Source: Pseudothermotoga sp. (GTDB taxonomy: Bacteria; Thermotogota; Thermotogae; Thermotogales; DSM-5069). From it: a stretch of DNA of 64,000 nt. The stretch is taken from assembly GCA_031962025.1 (NCBI GenBank), contig JAVRKW010000002.1; one strand, written 5' to 3'. The position numbers and the translations under genes were made by a program. The notes under the pieces are model-generated. The model worked only from the letters and a program-made list of their open reading frames with translations, did not search any database and was not told the origin of the DNA. This document shows, in pieces, positions 27,653-38,705 of this stretch. The stretch's first letter is position 1, and the number at the start of each line of letters is the position of its first letter.

Positions 27653-30447
27653 TTGATCAACCCCTGTACATCGTTTATCAATCCGATAACGCTGGTAATA
27701 ATGGGTATTACATCGACGATATTCATCAATGGATTATCCGGCACAAAAATGACATCACCCGGCGAGACATTTGGATTGGATGTAGTCGGTCTTCCTTTCA
27801 GGGTGCCTGACAGATCACAGATCACCGGTTCACCTGTCGGTCCACCTTTGAACACGTACACCTTCGATGTTACAGCCCTTGGAGTGAATCCACCGCATTT
27901 CATTATCACATCAAGAACAGTTGAATACTGGTCTATCTTTACGACTCCAGGTCTTGAAACCTGCCCAAGGACATAGGCGATGTTCGCTTCAACAGGTGGT
28001 ACATACACTACATCCCCCGCCTTTACTATTATGTTGTTGAGCATAAGCGGATTTGACATGTCGATTGATTTACTTTCATTTCCCCTTTTAAGTACAATCT
28101 GGTTGTACGATCCCCAGCCGCTTATTCCGCCAGCCAGTGATACAACTTCAAGCAGTGTCAGTTCCCTGTCTCCGACGTAGTAACCGCCCGGCTTGTTCAC
28201 CATGCCAAGGACATAAACGTAGTTTCTGATGTCTTTTTCAAATATCAAAAACGCACCATCGACGAGTTCAAGATCTCTTTTGCCAAGCTGTACATCTTTC
28301 ATCAACACGTTTGTCGCTTCACCAGTTGGAAGAATTATTTGAACATACTGCGTCTCAGAAATTATGTTCACCTTTCCCAGAACGCTTGATAGCTTGAACG
28401 CTTCGTTCTGTGAAAGTTCTATCTTTTGGTTTACCACGGCATCACCGAAGGCAAAAACGTAATGCGGTGTCTTCTCGGTTACGTATATGAAATCTCCATC
28501 TTTGAGAGTTAACTGAAGATCGTCTGATTCGACTTCTTTTGCGCTGAACAAGTGTCTTTCACCGGATGAATACACGATAACCTGATCTGATACAAATGAT
28601 TGATCCGCGCCGGTTATCAATCCGCCGCATTTTGCTATCGCTTTTTTGAGCGTTGCATCTTCATTCACTTCGAACACGATTTGACCAGGTGCTCTTACCT
28701 TACCGAGTACAGTTACTCTGACTGGTTTTTTGAGAGTTATCTTGTAGATTTCACCTGAATTCAAAGGCATGTCACGATCAAACTGAACTGTCTGTTCCTG
28801 ATTGTTTTCGATTTTTGTGATAGCTTCTATGTACGAAGTTTGAAGATTTACCTTTGACAGTGCTCTTGCAAGGGTGAATTCTTCATCGAGATTGAAGGTT
28901 ACAAAACTTGAAAGGTCTCCAACAAAGTAGATGTACCTGCCCTGTTTTGGTTTGAAAACGACCGTACACTGATTTTCCAGGTCCGCGTCAACAACACAAT
29001 TTATCACATCTTTGATATCATATTGCGCTATTTTTTGCTGTATCAACTGGATCGATTCAAATTGCCTGTAGTCGATCTGACCGATTTTCTTGATAACCGT
29101 TGAGAGCTTTTTTGGCTCATCAGGTTCAAAACTCATCTTTCCGCTCACTGCAAGATTGCCAACGACATACACGTAAAAATCCTCGTACTCTACCCTGACA
29201 AGATCTCCCGTCATCAAATCAAAATCTCTGTCTTTGAGATCTTTAGATGCAATTTCAAAAATCTGTGAACCTCGGTATACCTTTATCGTTCCACCTTTTT
29301 CAACCTTATCAGAGACGTAGCCACCTGCTTTGGGCAGCAGGATGCTCATTTTCATTTCTTCTTCTGGCTGAAAATCGATTCTGCCGGGATTTCTCACCTG
29401 ACCTGTGACGTAGACAAATCTCTCTGGTTTTTTCAGCACATTTACGTAACTTCCAACTGATATGAAGATATCGTCGTTGGCTGTCAAAATCGCCGGTGTG
29501 TACTCTTTTTGAGAGCCATTTTGAGTAACTATGATTTTGTCGATGTATTTGACGTCATCTATCACTCCACCCGCTTTTGCTATCAGCCTTTTTAGGGTAA
29601 CAGGCTCGTCTTTTAAAAATTCGTAAACGCCTGGTTTTGCCACAAATCCGACTATGTATGCGTATCTTTGATCGATCTTTGGCACATATATCTGATCAGA
29701 TGGCTTGAGAACGACATCAGAAACCTTTCCGGTCAGAATTTCTTCCAGATTTATTTTTTGAACCGTTCCATTTCTTGTCAGATAAACATTTTGAGAATCC
29801 CCGACATCTGTCAAAATACCCCCACATAGGGAAATCGCTGCGGTCAAGGTGAGACCTTTTGTGTAAACAAGAGCCGATGGATTTCTAACAGCTCCAAGGA
29901 CCTTGATATATCCAAGAAGGCTTTTCTGCGGTATGTAGATTATGTCATTTTCGTATACGGGAAGATCCACGTCCATTTTGCCTTCGTAAAATGAAGAAAA
30001 ATCAATCAAAAAACTTTCCTTTCCGCGCGTTATTCTGATGTTCTCAAGATCTATTCTGTCGTTTTGTTCACCGATCATTGATATTATCTGGCTGAGCGTT
30101 GCTGGTTTTATACCTATATCTATTATTTTGTTCACAACACCATGTACATATACAAACCTCGGGGCATAAGACACCAGAGAGACACTCACTGCGGGATTTG
30201 GTATCAGTTTTCCTATTCGCTCTTTTGCGATCTTTTCAAGCTCATTGAGCGTCATGCCATCCACTTTTATTCTTCCCACTCCTGTGTAGGAAATGAATCC
30301 ATCGCTGTCGACAGTACAGTCTCTGCTCATTTCCTGATAACCAAAGACTTCGATTCTGATTGTGTCACCGACTCTGAGTGTGTAGTCGGCGAAAACAAAG
30401 GTTGCCAGAAAAAGTAAGACTGCCCACAGGGTGATTTTTTTTGTCAT
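27649..30447 (-). CDS. Polysaccharide export (Wza/OPX-like) protein with multiple SLBB repeats
   Basis: Signal peptide, Poly_export domain (YTLRVGDTI...VDSDGFI...G.I.V.G.T..EL), about 10 V.G.V..PG SLBB-type repeats; start ATG 30447 with GAGGTG RBS. Confidence 0.88.
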   Translation of the reverse strand: MTKKITLWAVLLFLATFVFADYTLRVGDTIRIEVFGYQEMSRDCTVDSDGFISYTGVGRIKVDGMTLNELEKIAKERIGKLIPNPAVSVSLVSYAPRFVYVHGVVNKIIDIGIKPATLSQIISMIGEQNDRIDLENIRITRGKESFLIDFSSFYEGKMDVDLPVYENDIIYIPQKSLLGYIKVLGAVRNPSALVYTKGLTLTAAISLCGGILTDVGDSQNVYLTRNGTVQKINLEEILTGKVSDVVLKPSDQIYVPKIDQRYAYIVGFVAKPGVYEFLKDEPVTLKRLIAKAGGVIDDVKYIDKIIVTQNGSQKEYTPAILTANDDIFISVGSYVNVLKKPERFVYVTGQVRNPGRIDFQPEEEMKMSILLPKAGGYVSDKVEKGGTIKVYRGSQIFEIASKDLKDRDFDLMTGDLVRVEYEDFYVYVVGNLAVSGKMSFEPDEPKKLSTVIKKIGQIDYRQFESIQLIQQKIAQYDIKDVINCVVDADLENQCTVVFKPKQGRYIYFVGDLSSFVTFNLDEEFTLARALSKVNLQTSYIEAITKIENNQEQTVQFDRDMPLNSGEIYKITLKKPVRVTVLGKVRAPGQIVFEVNEDATLKKAIAKCGGLITGADQSFVSDQVIVYSSGERHLFSAKEVESDDLQLTLKDGDFIYVTEKTPHYVFAFGDAVVNQKIELSQNEAFKLSSVLGKVNIISETQYVQIILPTGEATNVLMKDVQLGKRDLELVDGAFLIFEKDIRNYVYVLGMVNKPGGYYVGDRELTLLEVVSLAGGISGWGSYNQIVLKRGNESKSIDMSNPLMLNNIIVKAGDVVYVPPVEANIAYVLGQVSRPGVVKIDQYSTVLDVIMKCGGFTPRAVTSKVYVFKGGPTGEPVICDLSGTLKGRPTTSNPNVSPGDVIFVPDNPLMNIVDVIPIITSVIGLINDVQGLIK

Positions 30448-30550
30448 TTGATCACCTCGTTTTCTTTTTTCATGATTTTCTTCTCTTTTTATAATAACAC
30501 TCGGTTTGAAAATGTGGTAATATTTAAAAAAGCACTGTGGAGGTGATTTT

Positions 30551-32476
30551 GTGCCGTTCAAAGTGAAGATAAAGAACGATGGAGAATATGTTTTTCATCG
30601 GCCTGTACGTGTTTTTGAACTTTCAAAAGAGTTTTCTGGTACAATCATCGCCGCTCTTTTCAACGATCAATTGATCGATCTGAGATCGACAATCTGTGAA
30701 GATGGTGAAATCGAGTTCATCACAATCGACCATAAACTTGCCCCTGAGGTCTACAGACACACTCTTTCACATGTTATGGCGCAGGCGGTTATGAACATAT
30801 ACGGCAAGGATAATGTGAGACTTGGGATCGGACCGACCATTGAAAATGGGTTTTACTACGATTTTGAAATCCTCAACGGGAAGATAACAGAGGAAGATCT
30901 GCCAAAGATAGAAGAACAGATGAGAGAGATAGTGCAACAGGATTTGAAGATCGAGAGAATTGAAATGAGCAAAGACGAGGCAATTTCTCTTATGAAACAA
31001 AAGGGTCAGATATACAAAGTCGAACTCATACAGGACATTCAAGAAGATAGAGTTACTCTTTTTAAACAGGGAGAGTTCATAGATCTGTGCAGAGGCCCTC
31101 ACCTGCCATCCACAGGGTTAGTTAAACATTTCAAGCTTCTTTCAATCTCCGGTGCGTACTGGAGAGGCGATGAAAAAAGACCGATGCTTCAGAGAATATA
31201 CGGTACAGCCTTTGCAAGCAAAGAAGAACTCGAAAAATACCTGAATTTCCTTGAAGAGGCAAAGAAAAGGGATCACAGGAAACTCGGTCCTGCACTTGGT
31301 ATTTTCTTCATTGACTTTGATGTTGCACCCGGAATGCCAATCTTTACACCCAATGGAGCGACAATTCTGCGCGAATTGATGGAATTTTCAAGACAACTCC
31401 ATCGCGAATTCGGTTATGAAGAGGTCATGACTCCCCTTGTGATGAGTGAAAAGCTCTGGAGGATGTCCGGTCACTGGGACCACTACAAAGAGAATATGTA
31501 TTTCACAACCAAGGAAGAACAGCAGTTTGCGATCAAACCGATGAACTGTCCCGGACATATTCTGATCTACAAAAATAGAACGGTTTCCTACAAAGACTTA
31601 CCGCTGAGATTTTTTGAGTTTGGCAGGGTACACAGATATGAGAGAAGCGGTGTCTTGCACGGACTGTTCAGAGTGAGAAGTTTTACTCAGGACGATGCTC
31701 ACATATTCTGCCGAACAGATCAGATAGAACAGGAGATAGCCGGTGTCATAAACTTTGTTCACAGGATTTATTCGCCTTTTGGGTTTGGATATTCAGCGGA
31801 ACTCAGTACGATGCCCGAAAATCACATGGGAGATGTTCAGACATGGCAAAAAGCCACTGAAGCGCTCAAAAGTGCCATGGATTCAGTTGGACTTATGTAC
31901 ACCATCAAAGAAGGAGAAGGTGCTTTTTACGGTCCGAAGATAGACTTTCACATCAAAGATTCGATAGGTCGCACATGGCAGTGTGCAACTATCCAGCTTG
32001 ATTTTCTGATGCCTCAGAGGTTTGAGCTCGTTTACACAGATGTCAATGGAAATTATTGTCAACCGGTTATGATACACAGGGCAATCTACGGTAGCCTTGA
32101 GAGATTTCTGGGTATATTGATCGAGCATTATGCCGGTGCGTTCCCAACCTGGCTGGCACCGATTCAGGTTAAGGTTATACCGATTGCCGACAGGCATCAT
32201 TCGTATGCTCAGGATATCAAAAACACTCTGGTTCAGAACGGTATCAGAGCAGAGGTTGATCTCAGGCGTGAAACACTTGGTTACAAAATAAGAGATGCTC
32301 AGTCCATGAAGATCCCTTATATGTTCATTGTTGGTGATAAAGAACAAACGACAAAGACCGTGTCTGTGAGAACCAGAAAAGGGAATGAACTTTCCTCAAG
32401 ATCTGTTGAGTCTGTTATTGATGTAATACTCAAGGAAATAAAAACACGTTCGTTGAAAAATTTAATGGAGGAATAA
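30551..32476 (+). CDS. thrS: Threonine--tRNA ligase
   Basis: TGS domain, [43 protein letters not shown]. Confidence 0.99.
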   Translation: MPFKVKIKNDGEYVFHRPVRVFELSKEFSGTIIAALFNDQLIDLRSTICEDGEIEFITIDHKLAPEVYRHTLSHVMAQAVMNIYGKDNVRLGIGPTIENGFYYDFEILNGKITEEDLPKIEEQMREIVQQDLKIERIEMSKDEAISLMKQKGQIYKVELIQDIQEDRVTLFKQGEFIDLCRGPHLPSTGLVKHFKLLSISGAYWRGDEKRPMLQRIYGTAFASKEELEKYLNFLEEAKKRDHRKLGPALGIFFIDFDVAPGMPIFTPNGATILRELMEFSRQLHREFGYEEVMTPLVMSEKLWRMSGHWDHYKENMYFTTKEEQQFAIKPMNCPGHILIYKNRTVSYKDLPLRFFEFGRVHRYERSGVLHGLFRVRSFTQDDAHIFCRTDQIEQEIAGVINFVHRIYSPFGFGYSAELSTMPENHMGDVQTWQKATEALKSAMDSVGLMYTIKEGEGAFYGPKIDFHIKDSIGRTWQCATIQLDFLMPQRFELVYTDVNGNYCQPVMIHRAIYGSLERFLGILIEHYAGAFPTWLAPIQVKVIPIADRHHSYAQDIKNTLVQNGIRAEVDLRRETLGYKIRDAQSMKIPYMFIVGDKEQTTKTVSVRTRKGNELSSRSVESVIDVILKEIKTRSLKNLMEE

Positions 32477-32478
32477 AA

Positions 32479-33345
32479 TTGACGGTTAAGATCATCGGCA
32501 AAATTGATGATAAGATAGTGGATTTTTTCAAAAAGATGGAGCAGGTTGAAGATAGTGATTCTGCATGCCTCATCTTAACTGATTCTTCTGAACAGTTAGG
32601 ACCGCTTCAAATGGTATTCAAAAACAATACCGCGGAGCTGTACGATCAGGGTAAACTCGTCGCGAGATTTGAGCAGGCAGAAGAAAATTACCAGGCTATC
32701 TGGGTTTTTGCAAAAACATACGTGGATAAAGATGACTTCAAATCTGGATTGACCAGCACAAAGTGGGCACGCAAGGTTGTGAGCGGAATACTGCAAGCCA
32801 TGGTGGTACTCATGGAGATAGAAGACAAAAGTGGATTTAGCCATTCGCAGAGGGTTACAAAACTGGCACAGAAGATGGGAGTGGAACTTGGTTTTTCTCA
32901 AAAGGAACAGTCACTTTTGGTCGAAGCGAGCATGCTGCACGACGTTGGAAAGATAGGCATCGAACAATTGATGATGTTCACTCCAACAAGGATAAGATTT
33001 CTTGAAGATATGCCAAGAGATCACACGATCATGGGTTCTATATACCTATCCACGATCGAGTTTCTCTGGGATCTGGTGCCGGCAGTCAGGTCTCATCACG
33101 AAAGATGGGATGGCAAGGGTTATCCAGATGGTTTGAAAGGTGAAGAAATACCTCTTTTTGCCAGAATAATAGCCATCTGTGATTATTACGATGAACTCAC
33201 TCATTTTGTAACCTCAGAATGGGGTATCGGTCCCAAGAAAAAAGATGAAGCTTTGAAAATGATACAGGAACAGAGTGGAAAGATGTTCGATCCAAAGTTA
33301 GTGGAACTTTTTATCAAAACAATGGAGTTACATGAGGACATCTAA
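32479..33345 (+). CDS. HD-GYP domain protein (putative cyclic dinucleotide phosphodiesterase)
   Basis: HSQRV, LHDVGKIG, HHERWDGKGYPDGL.GEEIP, FDP. Confidence 0.9.
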   Translation: MTVKIIGKIDDKIVDFFKKMEQVEDSDSACLILTDSSEQLGPLQMVFKNNTAELYDQGKLVARFEQAEENYQAIWVFAKTYVDKDDFKSGLTSTKWARKVVSGILQAMVVLMEIEDKSGFSHSQRVTKLAQKMGVELGFSQKEQSLLVEASMLHDVGKIGIEQLMMFTPTRIRFLEDMPRDHTIMGSIYLSTIEFLWDLVPAVRSHHERWDGKGYPDGLKGEEIPLFARIIAICDYYDELTHFVTSEWGIGPKKKDEALKMIQEQSGKMFDPKLVELFIKTMELHEDI

Positions 33346-33798
33346 GAATATTCCAAGCGGTATCAAAAGGTTTTTCACTAACTGCATTGGCATATTCATC
33401 ATCATTTTCAACAGGGCAAGTTGTTCCTGTAGTTTTTGTTTTTCTTCTTCATCTGTTGTTGAATTGAGTTTGGCTTCCAGTTTTTGAATCTGGTTTTGTA
33501 TTTGATTTTTGTAATCACTCTGATAGGTTTTCTCAGACGGGTAATATATCCAGGCAGTGGTTTTACCGGCTATTGCAGCAATGAAAGAGCCGCGTTTTCT
33601 CAGATCGAGGGTTATTCCACCCTGGATGATCACCCCGCCATTTCTTTCAGCTTCTCTTTTAAAGGCAAGCCAGTTGCTTATTTCCTGTGAGAGCACGCGC
33701 AGGATACTTCGGCTTGCCGGTGCCGAGTTTGGTAAACCGGGCTCACCAGGATCGAGTTTGTACCCCAAAACCGGATTTGACAAACCCTCAACTGCCAT
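33328..33798 (-). CDS. Hypothetical protein with a C-terminal coiled coil
   Basis: 156-aa ORF directly after ruvA, AAGG RBS. Confidence 0.75.
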   Translation of the reverse strand: MAVEGLSNPVLGYKLDPGEPGLPNSAPASRSILRVLSQEISNWLAFKREAERNGGVIIQGGITLDLRKRGSFIAAIAGKTTAWIYYPSEKTYQSDYKNQIQNQIQKLEAKLNSTTDEEEKQKLQEQLALLKMMMNMPMQLVKNLLIPLGIFLDVLM

Positions 33799-33802
33799 AC
33801 AG

Positions 33803-34378
33803 TTATACCTTCTTTGACAGTTTTTTCAGTGCCTCCTTCACAATTTGTTCTGTACTCATCTTATCTGTATAAACAGATTTCACGACATCTGTCGACTCGG
33901 TTTTCGAGAACCCCAGTGCTACAAGAGCCTCGATTGCATCAAATAACTCTGACGAATATGTGGTTTGAATCTCAAAATGTTCATCCTTTAGTTCTGCTAT
34001 TAATCTTTCTGCGGTCTTTTTTCCAATTCCTTGAATCTGGGATAACTTTTCAACATTTTCATTGATCACCAGGTGCACAAATTCTTCAGGTTCTACCGAT
34101 CCCACGATCTTCAGAGCAGTCTTGGGACCTATTTTGGATACTTTCAGAATCTTTTCGAAAATGTGCAACTTTTCTTTTCTTGAAAAACCGTACAGGACAA
34201 CTTCATTCTGATTGAACTCAAGATGAGTGTGAAGTTCGATCTCGTCTCCCACAGTAGATCTTTCCAAGGTCTGGCTATCACACAGAACTCTTATTACGAA
34301 ATTTTCCACCTGCAACAAAAGACTACCCGATTCTTTGGCGTACACTTTTCCCTTAATGGCTGCGAGCAAGTTCATCAT
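33803..34378 (-). CDS. ruvA: Holliday junction branch migration protein RuvA
   Basis: LYGF, VSKIGPKTAL, IQGIGKKTAERLIAEL, EALVALGF; ATGA overlap with the folC stop. Confidence 0.95.
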   Translation of the reverse strand: MMNLLAAIKGKVYAKESGSLLLQVENFVIRVLCDSQTLERSTVGDEIELHTHLEFNQNEVVLYGFSRKEKLHIFEKILKVSKIGPKTALKIVGSVEPEEFVHLVINENVEKLSQIQGIGKKTAERLIAELKDEHFEIQTTYSSELFDAIEALVALGFSKTESTDVVKSVYTDKMSTEQIVKEALKKLSKKV

Positions 34379-35697
34379 CTCACGATGGACCATTCGGGCT
34401 CAAGAGATCCATCTGTTATGTAATCTCTCAGATATCCAACCAGGTACAGTGAACCCGTTATAATTATCGTCTCATATCCTTCCTGCTTTAGTCTTTCGTA
34501 TGCCACTATTGGATCGATTTCAAACTCGACGCTGTTGTTGAACTGTTTTGCTATCTGGAAGGTTTCCTGAGGATTCTGTGCTCTGTGAGAGAATGGTCTT
34601 GTCACGATTATTTTATCAAAAAGCGGCGCTATCTGTGACAGAACACCTTTTTTGTCCTTGTCATCGACGATCCCGATCACTGCACCGAGTCTCTCATTTT
34701 TAAGATAATCAATAATGGTCTTTCTCAGCACCCTTGCGGCTGGCAGGTTGTGTGCACCGTCAAAGATCACCCTTGGCTTTGTATCAAGAACTTCGAACCT
34801 GCCGGGCATTTTTGCTTTTTCCAGTGCCCTTCTTATAGCCATTTCATCTACCTTCAGATTTGTTCTTTCGGCAAAAACAAGAAATGCCTGTAGCGCAACA
34901 GACGCATTCAAAAATTGATGTTCACCGTTCAGTGAGATCTTCAGATTTTTCAGCTCTCTTTTTCCATGAAAATCAAAGTGATTATCCGATAGAGAAAGAC
35001 TTGTGTTGTCGTAGGAGAAATCTCTTCCAATCAGGTGTAGATCACTTTTGTTCAGCTCACAAATCTTTTCGATGACGCTTAACGGCTCTTTTTTCTTTTC
35101 ACCACAGACAACAGGCACTTTGTGCTTTATTATCCCGGCTTTTTCAAAGGCGATCTTCTCAAGAGTATCACCGAGAATGTGCATGTGGTCGTAATCCACC
35201 GTTACTATCACGCTGACCTGTGGAGTTAAAACGTTGGTTGCATCAAATCTTCCTCCCAGTCCAACTTCAATTGACCCAGCTTGGACTGACATTTTTTTGT
35301 AGATCATGAAAGCCATCGCAGTGGTAAACTCAAAGAAACTCGGTTTGAACTGTTCTCCCTGTTTATCCATTTGCAGTGCCATTTTCTGAACATCATCAAA
35401 GGCACTCAGAATTATCTGCTCTGGGACAAACTGTTCATCTACTAAGATCCTCTCTTTAAAAGTTGACAGATGCGGAGAATAGTAGCTTGCAGTTTTCAAC
35501 CCGTGTTCTATGAACAGCCAGCTCAAAAAACGCGTCACCGAACCTTTTCCGTTTGTACCTGTCACGTGAGCGGAATGGAAGCTGTCCTGTGGATTTTGCA
35601 ACATCTCGCACAGCTGTTTGATTCTGTCAAGACCGAGTGTTATCTTTCCCGATGGTCTTTCGTTGTAAAGGTATTCAAGCATCTGAAGGTAGGTCAT
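34375..35697 (-). CDS. folC: Folylpolyglutamate synthase/dihydrofolate synthase
   Basis: HVTGTNGKGS, SPHL, EVGLGGRFDATN, EKAGIIK, DGAHN, GSLYLVG. Confidence 0.97.
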   Translation of the reverse strand: MTYLQMLEYLYNERPSGKITLGLDRIKQLCEMLQNPQDSFHSAHVTGTNGKGSVTRFLSWLFIEHGLKTASYYSPHLSTFKERILVDEQFVPEQIILSAFDDVQKMALQMDKQGEQFKPSFFEFTTAMAFMIYKKMSVQAGSIEVGLGGRFDATNVLTPQVSVIVTVDYDHMHILGDTLEKIAFEKAGIIKHKVPVVCGEKKKEPLSVIEKICELNKSDLHLIGRDFSYDNTSLSLSDNHFDFHGKRELKNLKISLNGEHQFLNASVALQAFLVFAERTNLKVDEMAIRRALEKAKMPGRFEVLDTKPRVIFDGAHNLPAARVLRKTIIDYLKNERLGAVIGIVDDKDKKGVLSQIAPLFDKIIVTRPFSHRAQNPQETFQIAKQFNNSVEFEIDPIVAYERLKQEGYETIIITGSLYLVGYLRDYITDGSLEPEWSIVR

Positions 35698-38279
35698 CTT
35701 AGATCCCCCAGTATCTGCTGTAAGACTTTCAAACGCGATTCTGTTTCTGAGAGTTTCTCACGCGTTTCTTTTATCACGTCTTCAAGTGCATGTGATAGAA
35801 ATTTCTCATCGGACAGTTTTTTCACGTACCATTCTTTTTCTTTGAGTAGTTTTTCGATATTTTTTTCAAGCCTGCTGATCTCTTTTTGAATATCAACACC
35901 GGTTATATCCACGTATATGTGAAACTCCTGATTGACGAATGCCGTTGCACTGTTTTGCGGTTTACTTTCGACGTACTCGATTGTCTTTATATTTGCAAGA
36001 TGCTTTATCAGAAATTGCTCCTGTTCAGACAGATGTTTCCCGTGGATATACAGTGTGCACTGTTTTGATGCCATATCCAGTTCTGATCGCACATTTCTTA
36101 TGCCTCTGACGATTTGCATGATCATCTCAAAGTTCTTTTCAGCAAGATCGTCTGAAAAATTGTCTTCTACCTGGGGCCAGGATGCGATTGTTATCGACTC
36201 TCCTGCAACTGGAAGATTCTGCCACAGCTCTTCCGACAAAAATGGCATAAACGGATGCAGCAATCTCAAGCTTGAATCTAATACCTTTACCAGAACATTC
36301 TGAACTGTGGCTCTGTTTTCACCATTCAACATTGGCTTTGCCGATTCTATGTACCAGTCACAGAATTCGTTCCAGAAGAACTCGTAGATGGACTTTGCCG
36401 CTACGTTGAAATCGTAGTTTTCAAGAGCCTGAGTTACCGCCAAGATAGTTTTCTGCAGCCTTGAAAGAATCCATCTGTCGGCAAGTGAAAGTCCATCAAG
36501 TGGTTTTTCCTGATAATCACTAAGGTTGATTAGCACAAATCTGGTGGCATTCCAGATCTTGTTGGCAAATTTCCTGTATGTATCAAAGTATCTCTCGTCG
36601 AGTTTTATATCACTGCCCTGGGCTGCAAGGATTGCTAGGGTGAATCTTACAGGATCTGTCCCATATTTCTTGGACATATCTATCGGATCTATACCGTTTC
36701 CGAGTGACTTGCTCATTTTTCTTCCGTATTTATCCCGTATTAGCTGGTGTATATAAACATCGGTGAATGGCTTTTCATTCATAAACTGATATCCCATGAC
36801 AATCATTCTTGCAACCCAGAAGAAAATTATGTCAAAACCGGTTACAAGAACAGATGTTGGATAATATTTCTCAAGGTCCTGTGTTTTTTCGGGCCAGCCG
36901 AGAGTTGAAAATGGCCACAGTGCAGAAGAAAACCAGGTATCCAGTACATCTTCGTCCTGCCTTATCGATCCAGAATGGCATTTTGGACATTCTTTGACAT
37001 CTGTTTCAGACACGATAATTTCACCGCAATCATCACAGTACCAGACTGGTATTCTGTGTCCCCACCAGAGCTGTCTGCTGATACACCAGTCGCGCACGTT
37101 GTACATCCAGTGAAGGTAAACCTTTTTCCACCTGTCTGGGACAAAACGAACCTGACCTGTTTCGACAGCCTCTATGGCTTTTTGAGCCAAAGGCTTCATG
37201 CTCACAAACCACTGATCCATGACCCTCGGTTCGATCTCTCTGTCGCACCTGTAACAGTGACCGACGGAGTGATCTATATCTTCAACCTTTACCAGATAAC
37301 CGCCATCCTGAAGATCTCTCACGATCATTTCTCTTGCTTTGTAGCGATCCAGACCTATGTATTTTCCTCCATTTTCATTTATTCTTGCTTCGTCGTCGAA
37401 TATGTCGATGAACTCGAGATTGTGTCTTTTAGCGACTTCGAAATCATTTGGATCATGTGAAGGAGTGATTTTCACAGCACCGGTACCAAATTGTGGATCG
37501 ACGTACTCATCGGCTATTACTGGTATTTCTCTGTTGACCAGCGGCAGGATCACCTTTCTATTGATGACATTTTTATACCGTTCGTCTGTGGGGTTGACAG
37601 CAACAGCAGTATCTCCGAGCATCGTCTCTGGTCTTGTGGTTGCCACAACGATATAATCACTGCCATCTGAAAATGGATATTTTACGTAGTACAGTTTCGC
37701 CTTTTTTTCCTCATGTTCAACCTCTTCATCTGACAAAACCGTCTTACACCTGGGACACCAGTTAACCATGTATTTGCCTTTGTAGATCAATCCATTTTTG
37801 TACAGCTCAACAAAGACCTTCCTCACGGCATTGGACAATCCTTCATCCAGGGTAAATCTTTCTCTTGTCCAATCAACTGATGCTCCCAGTGTTTCTATTT
37901 GCTGGCGTATTTCAAGCCTGTACTTTTCAGCCCATTGCCAGACTATTTTGAGAAATTCTTCTCTTCCCAGTTCTTCGCGTCTTTTACCTTGAGATTCTAT
38001 GTATCTTTCAACGGCATTTTGTGTGGCAATACCAGCGTGATCCTCACCGGGTATCCACAGTGTATCAAAGCCACGCATTCTCTTGTAGCGCACTAAGATA
38101 TCCTGCAGAGTTATATTGAGCGCATGTCCCATGTGGATGCGTCCTGTTATATTTGGAGGTGGTATTACGACCACAAATGGTGTGCCACTTCCCTTTGGAG
38201 TGAAATATCCATTTTGTACCCACTTTGTGTACCATTTTTTCTCAATCTGTTCTGGCATGTACCGAGTACCAAGGTCCAT
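35694..38279 (-). CDS. valS: Valine--tRNA ligase
   Basis: PPPNITGRIHMGH, DWCISRQLWWGH, KMSKS; ATG 38279 chosen from RBS spacing. Confidence 0.99.
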   Translation of the reverse strand: MDLGTRYMPEQIEKKWYTKWVQNGYFTPKGSGTPFVVVIPPPNITGRIHMGHALNITLQDILVRYKRMRGFDTLWIPGEDHAGIATQNAVERYIESQGKRREELGREEFLKIVWQWAEKYRLEIRQQIETLGASVDWTRERFTLDEGLSNAVRKVFVELYKNGLIYKGKYMVNWCPRCKTVLSDEEVEHEEKKAKLYYVKYPFSDGSDYIVVATTRPETMLGDTAVAVNPTDERYKNVINRKVILPLVNREIPVIADEYVDPQFGTGAVKITPSHDPNDFEVAKRHNLEFIDIFDDEARINENGGKYIGLDRYKAREMIVRDLQDGGYLVKVEDIDHSVGHCYRCDREIEPRVMDQWFVSMKPLAQKAIEAVETGQVRFVPDRWKKVYLHWMYNVRDWCISRQLWWGHRIPVWYCDDCGEIIVSETDVKECPKCHSGSIRQDEDVLDTWFSSALWPFSTLGWPEKTQDLEKYYPTSVLVTGFDIIFFWVARMIVMGYQFMNEKPFTDVYIHQLIRDKYGRKMSKSLGNGIDPIDMSKKYGTDPVRFTLAILAAQGSDIKLDERYFDTYRKFANKIWNATRFVLINLSDYQEKPLDGLSLADRWILSRLQKTILAVTQALENYDFNVAAKSIYEFFWNEFCDWYIESAKPMLNGENRATVQNVLVKVLDSSLRLLHPFMPFLSEELWQNLPVAGESITIASWPQVEDNFSDDLAEKNFEMIMQIVRGIRNVRSELDMASKQCTLYIHGKHLSEQEQFLIKHLANIKTIEYVESKPQNSATAFVNQEFHIYVDITGVDIQKEISRLEKNIEKLLKEKEWYVKKLSDEKFLSHALEDVIKETREKLSETESRLKVLQQILGDLR

Positions 38280-38333
38280 TTTACTCACACCTCCAGTAGA
38301 TCTTATGCCATGATTTTATCAAAAAATGGCTTA

Positions 38334-38705
38334 TTAATCAATGAATATACGAACAGTTGTGCCGTCAGCTCCCGTTGCGTTTATTATATCTCCTTCTATT
38401 TCCGACAGACCCTTCATGGCTTCATCGAGCTGTTGTGACAAGAGATCCAGATCGACGTTGGGAAATTTTTCTTTCAGAGCTGGTAGAGATAGCTTTAGAA
38501 TTTGCACCAGTCCAACTGGAATTTTGATATCCACTTTATCTCCATCTTTACCTTTGGCTTGAATGTAAAACATTCTCTTTTTTTCCGATTTTTGCTGCTT
38601 GGGTTCTGAAAAAATACCCATAGTTTCAGCAAGCTCAAGTGCCTGTTCAGGTGTGAGCTTTCCGTCTTTCACCATATTCATGATCCTGAAAAGTTCCTCC
38701 CTCAT
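38334..38705 (-). CDS. Hypothetical protein with an N-terminal SHOCT-like motif
   Basis: EELFRIMNMVKDGKLTPEQALEL; overlaps the DUF2089 stop. Confidence 0.8.
   Translation of the reverse strand: MREELFRIMNMVKDGKLTPEQALELAETMGIFSEPKQQKSEKKRMFYIQAKGKDGDKVDIKIPVGLVQILKLSLPALKEKFPNVDLDLLSQQLDEAMKGLSEIEGDIINATGADGTTVRIFID

Noticed and set aside
30448..30550. T-box riboswitch upstream of thrS (also valS, 38280-38333)
   Set aside because: Spacers are too short (about 100 and 55 nt), with no T-box consensus or terminator.
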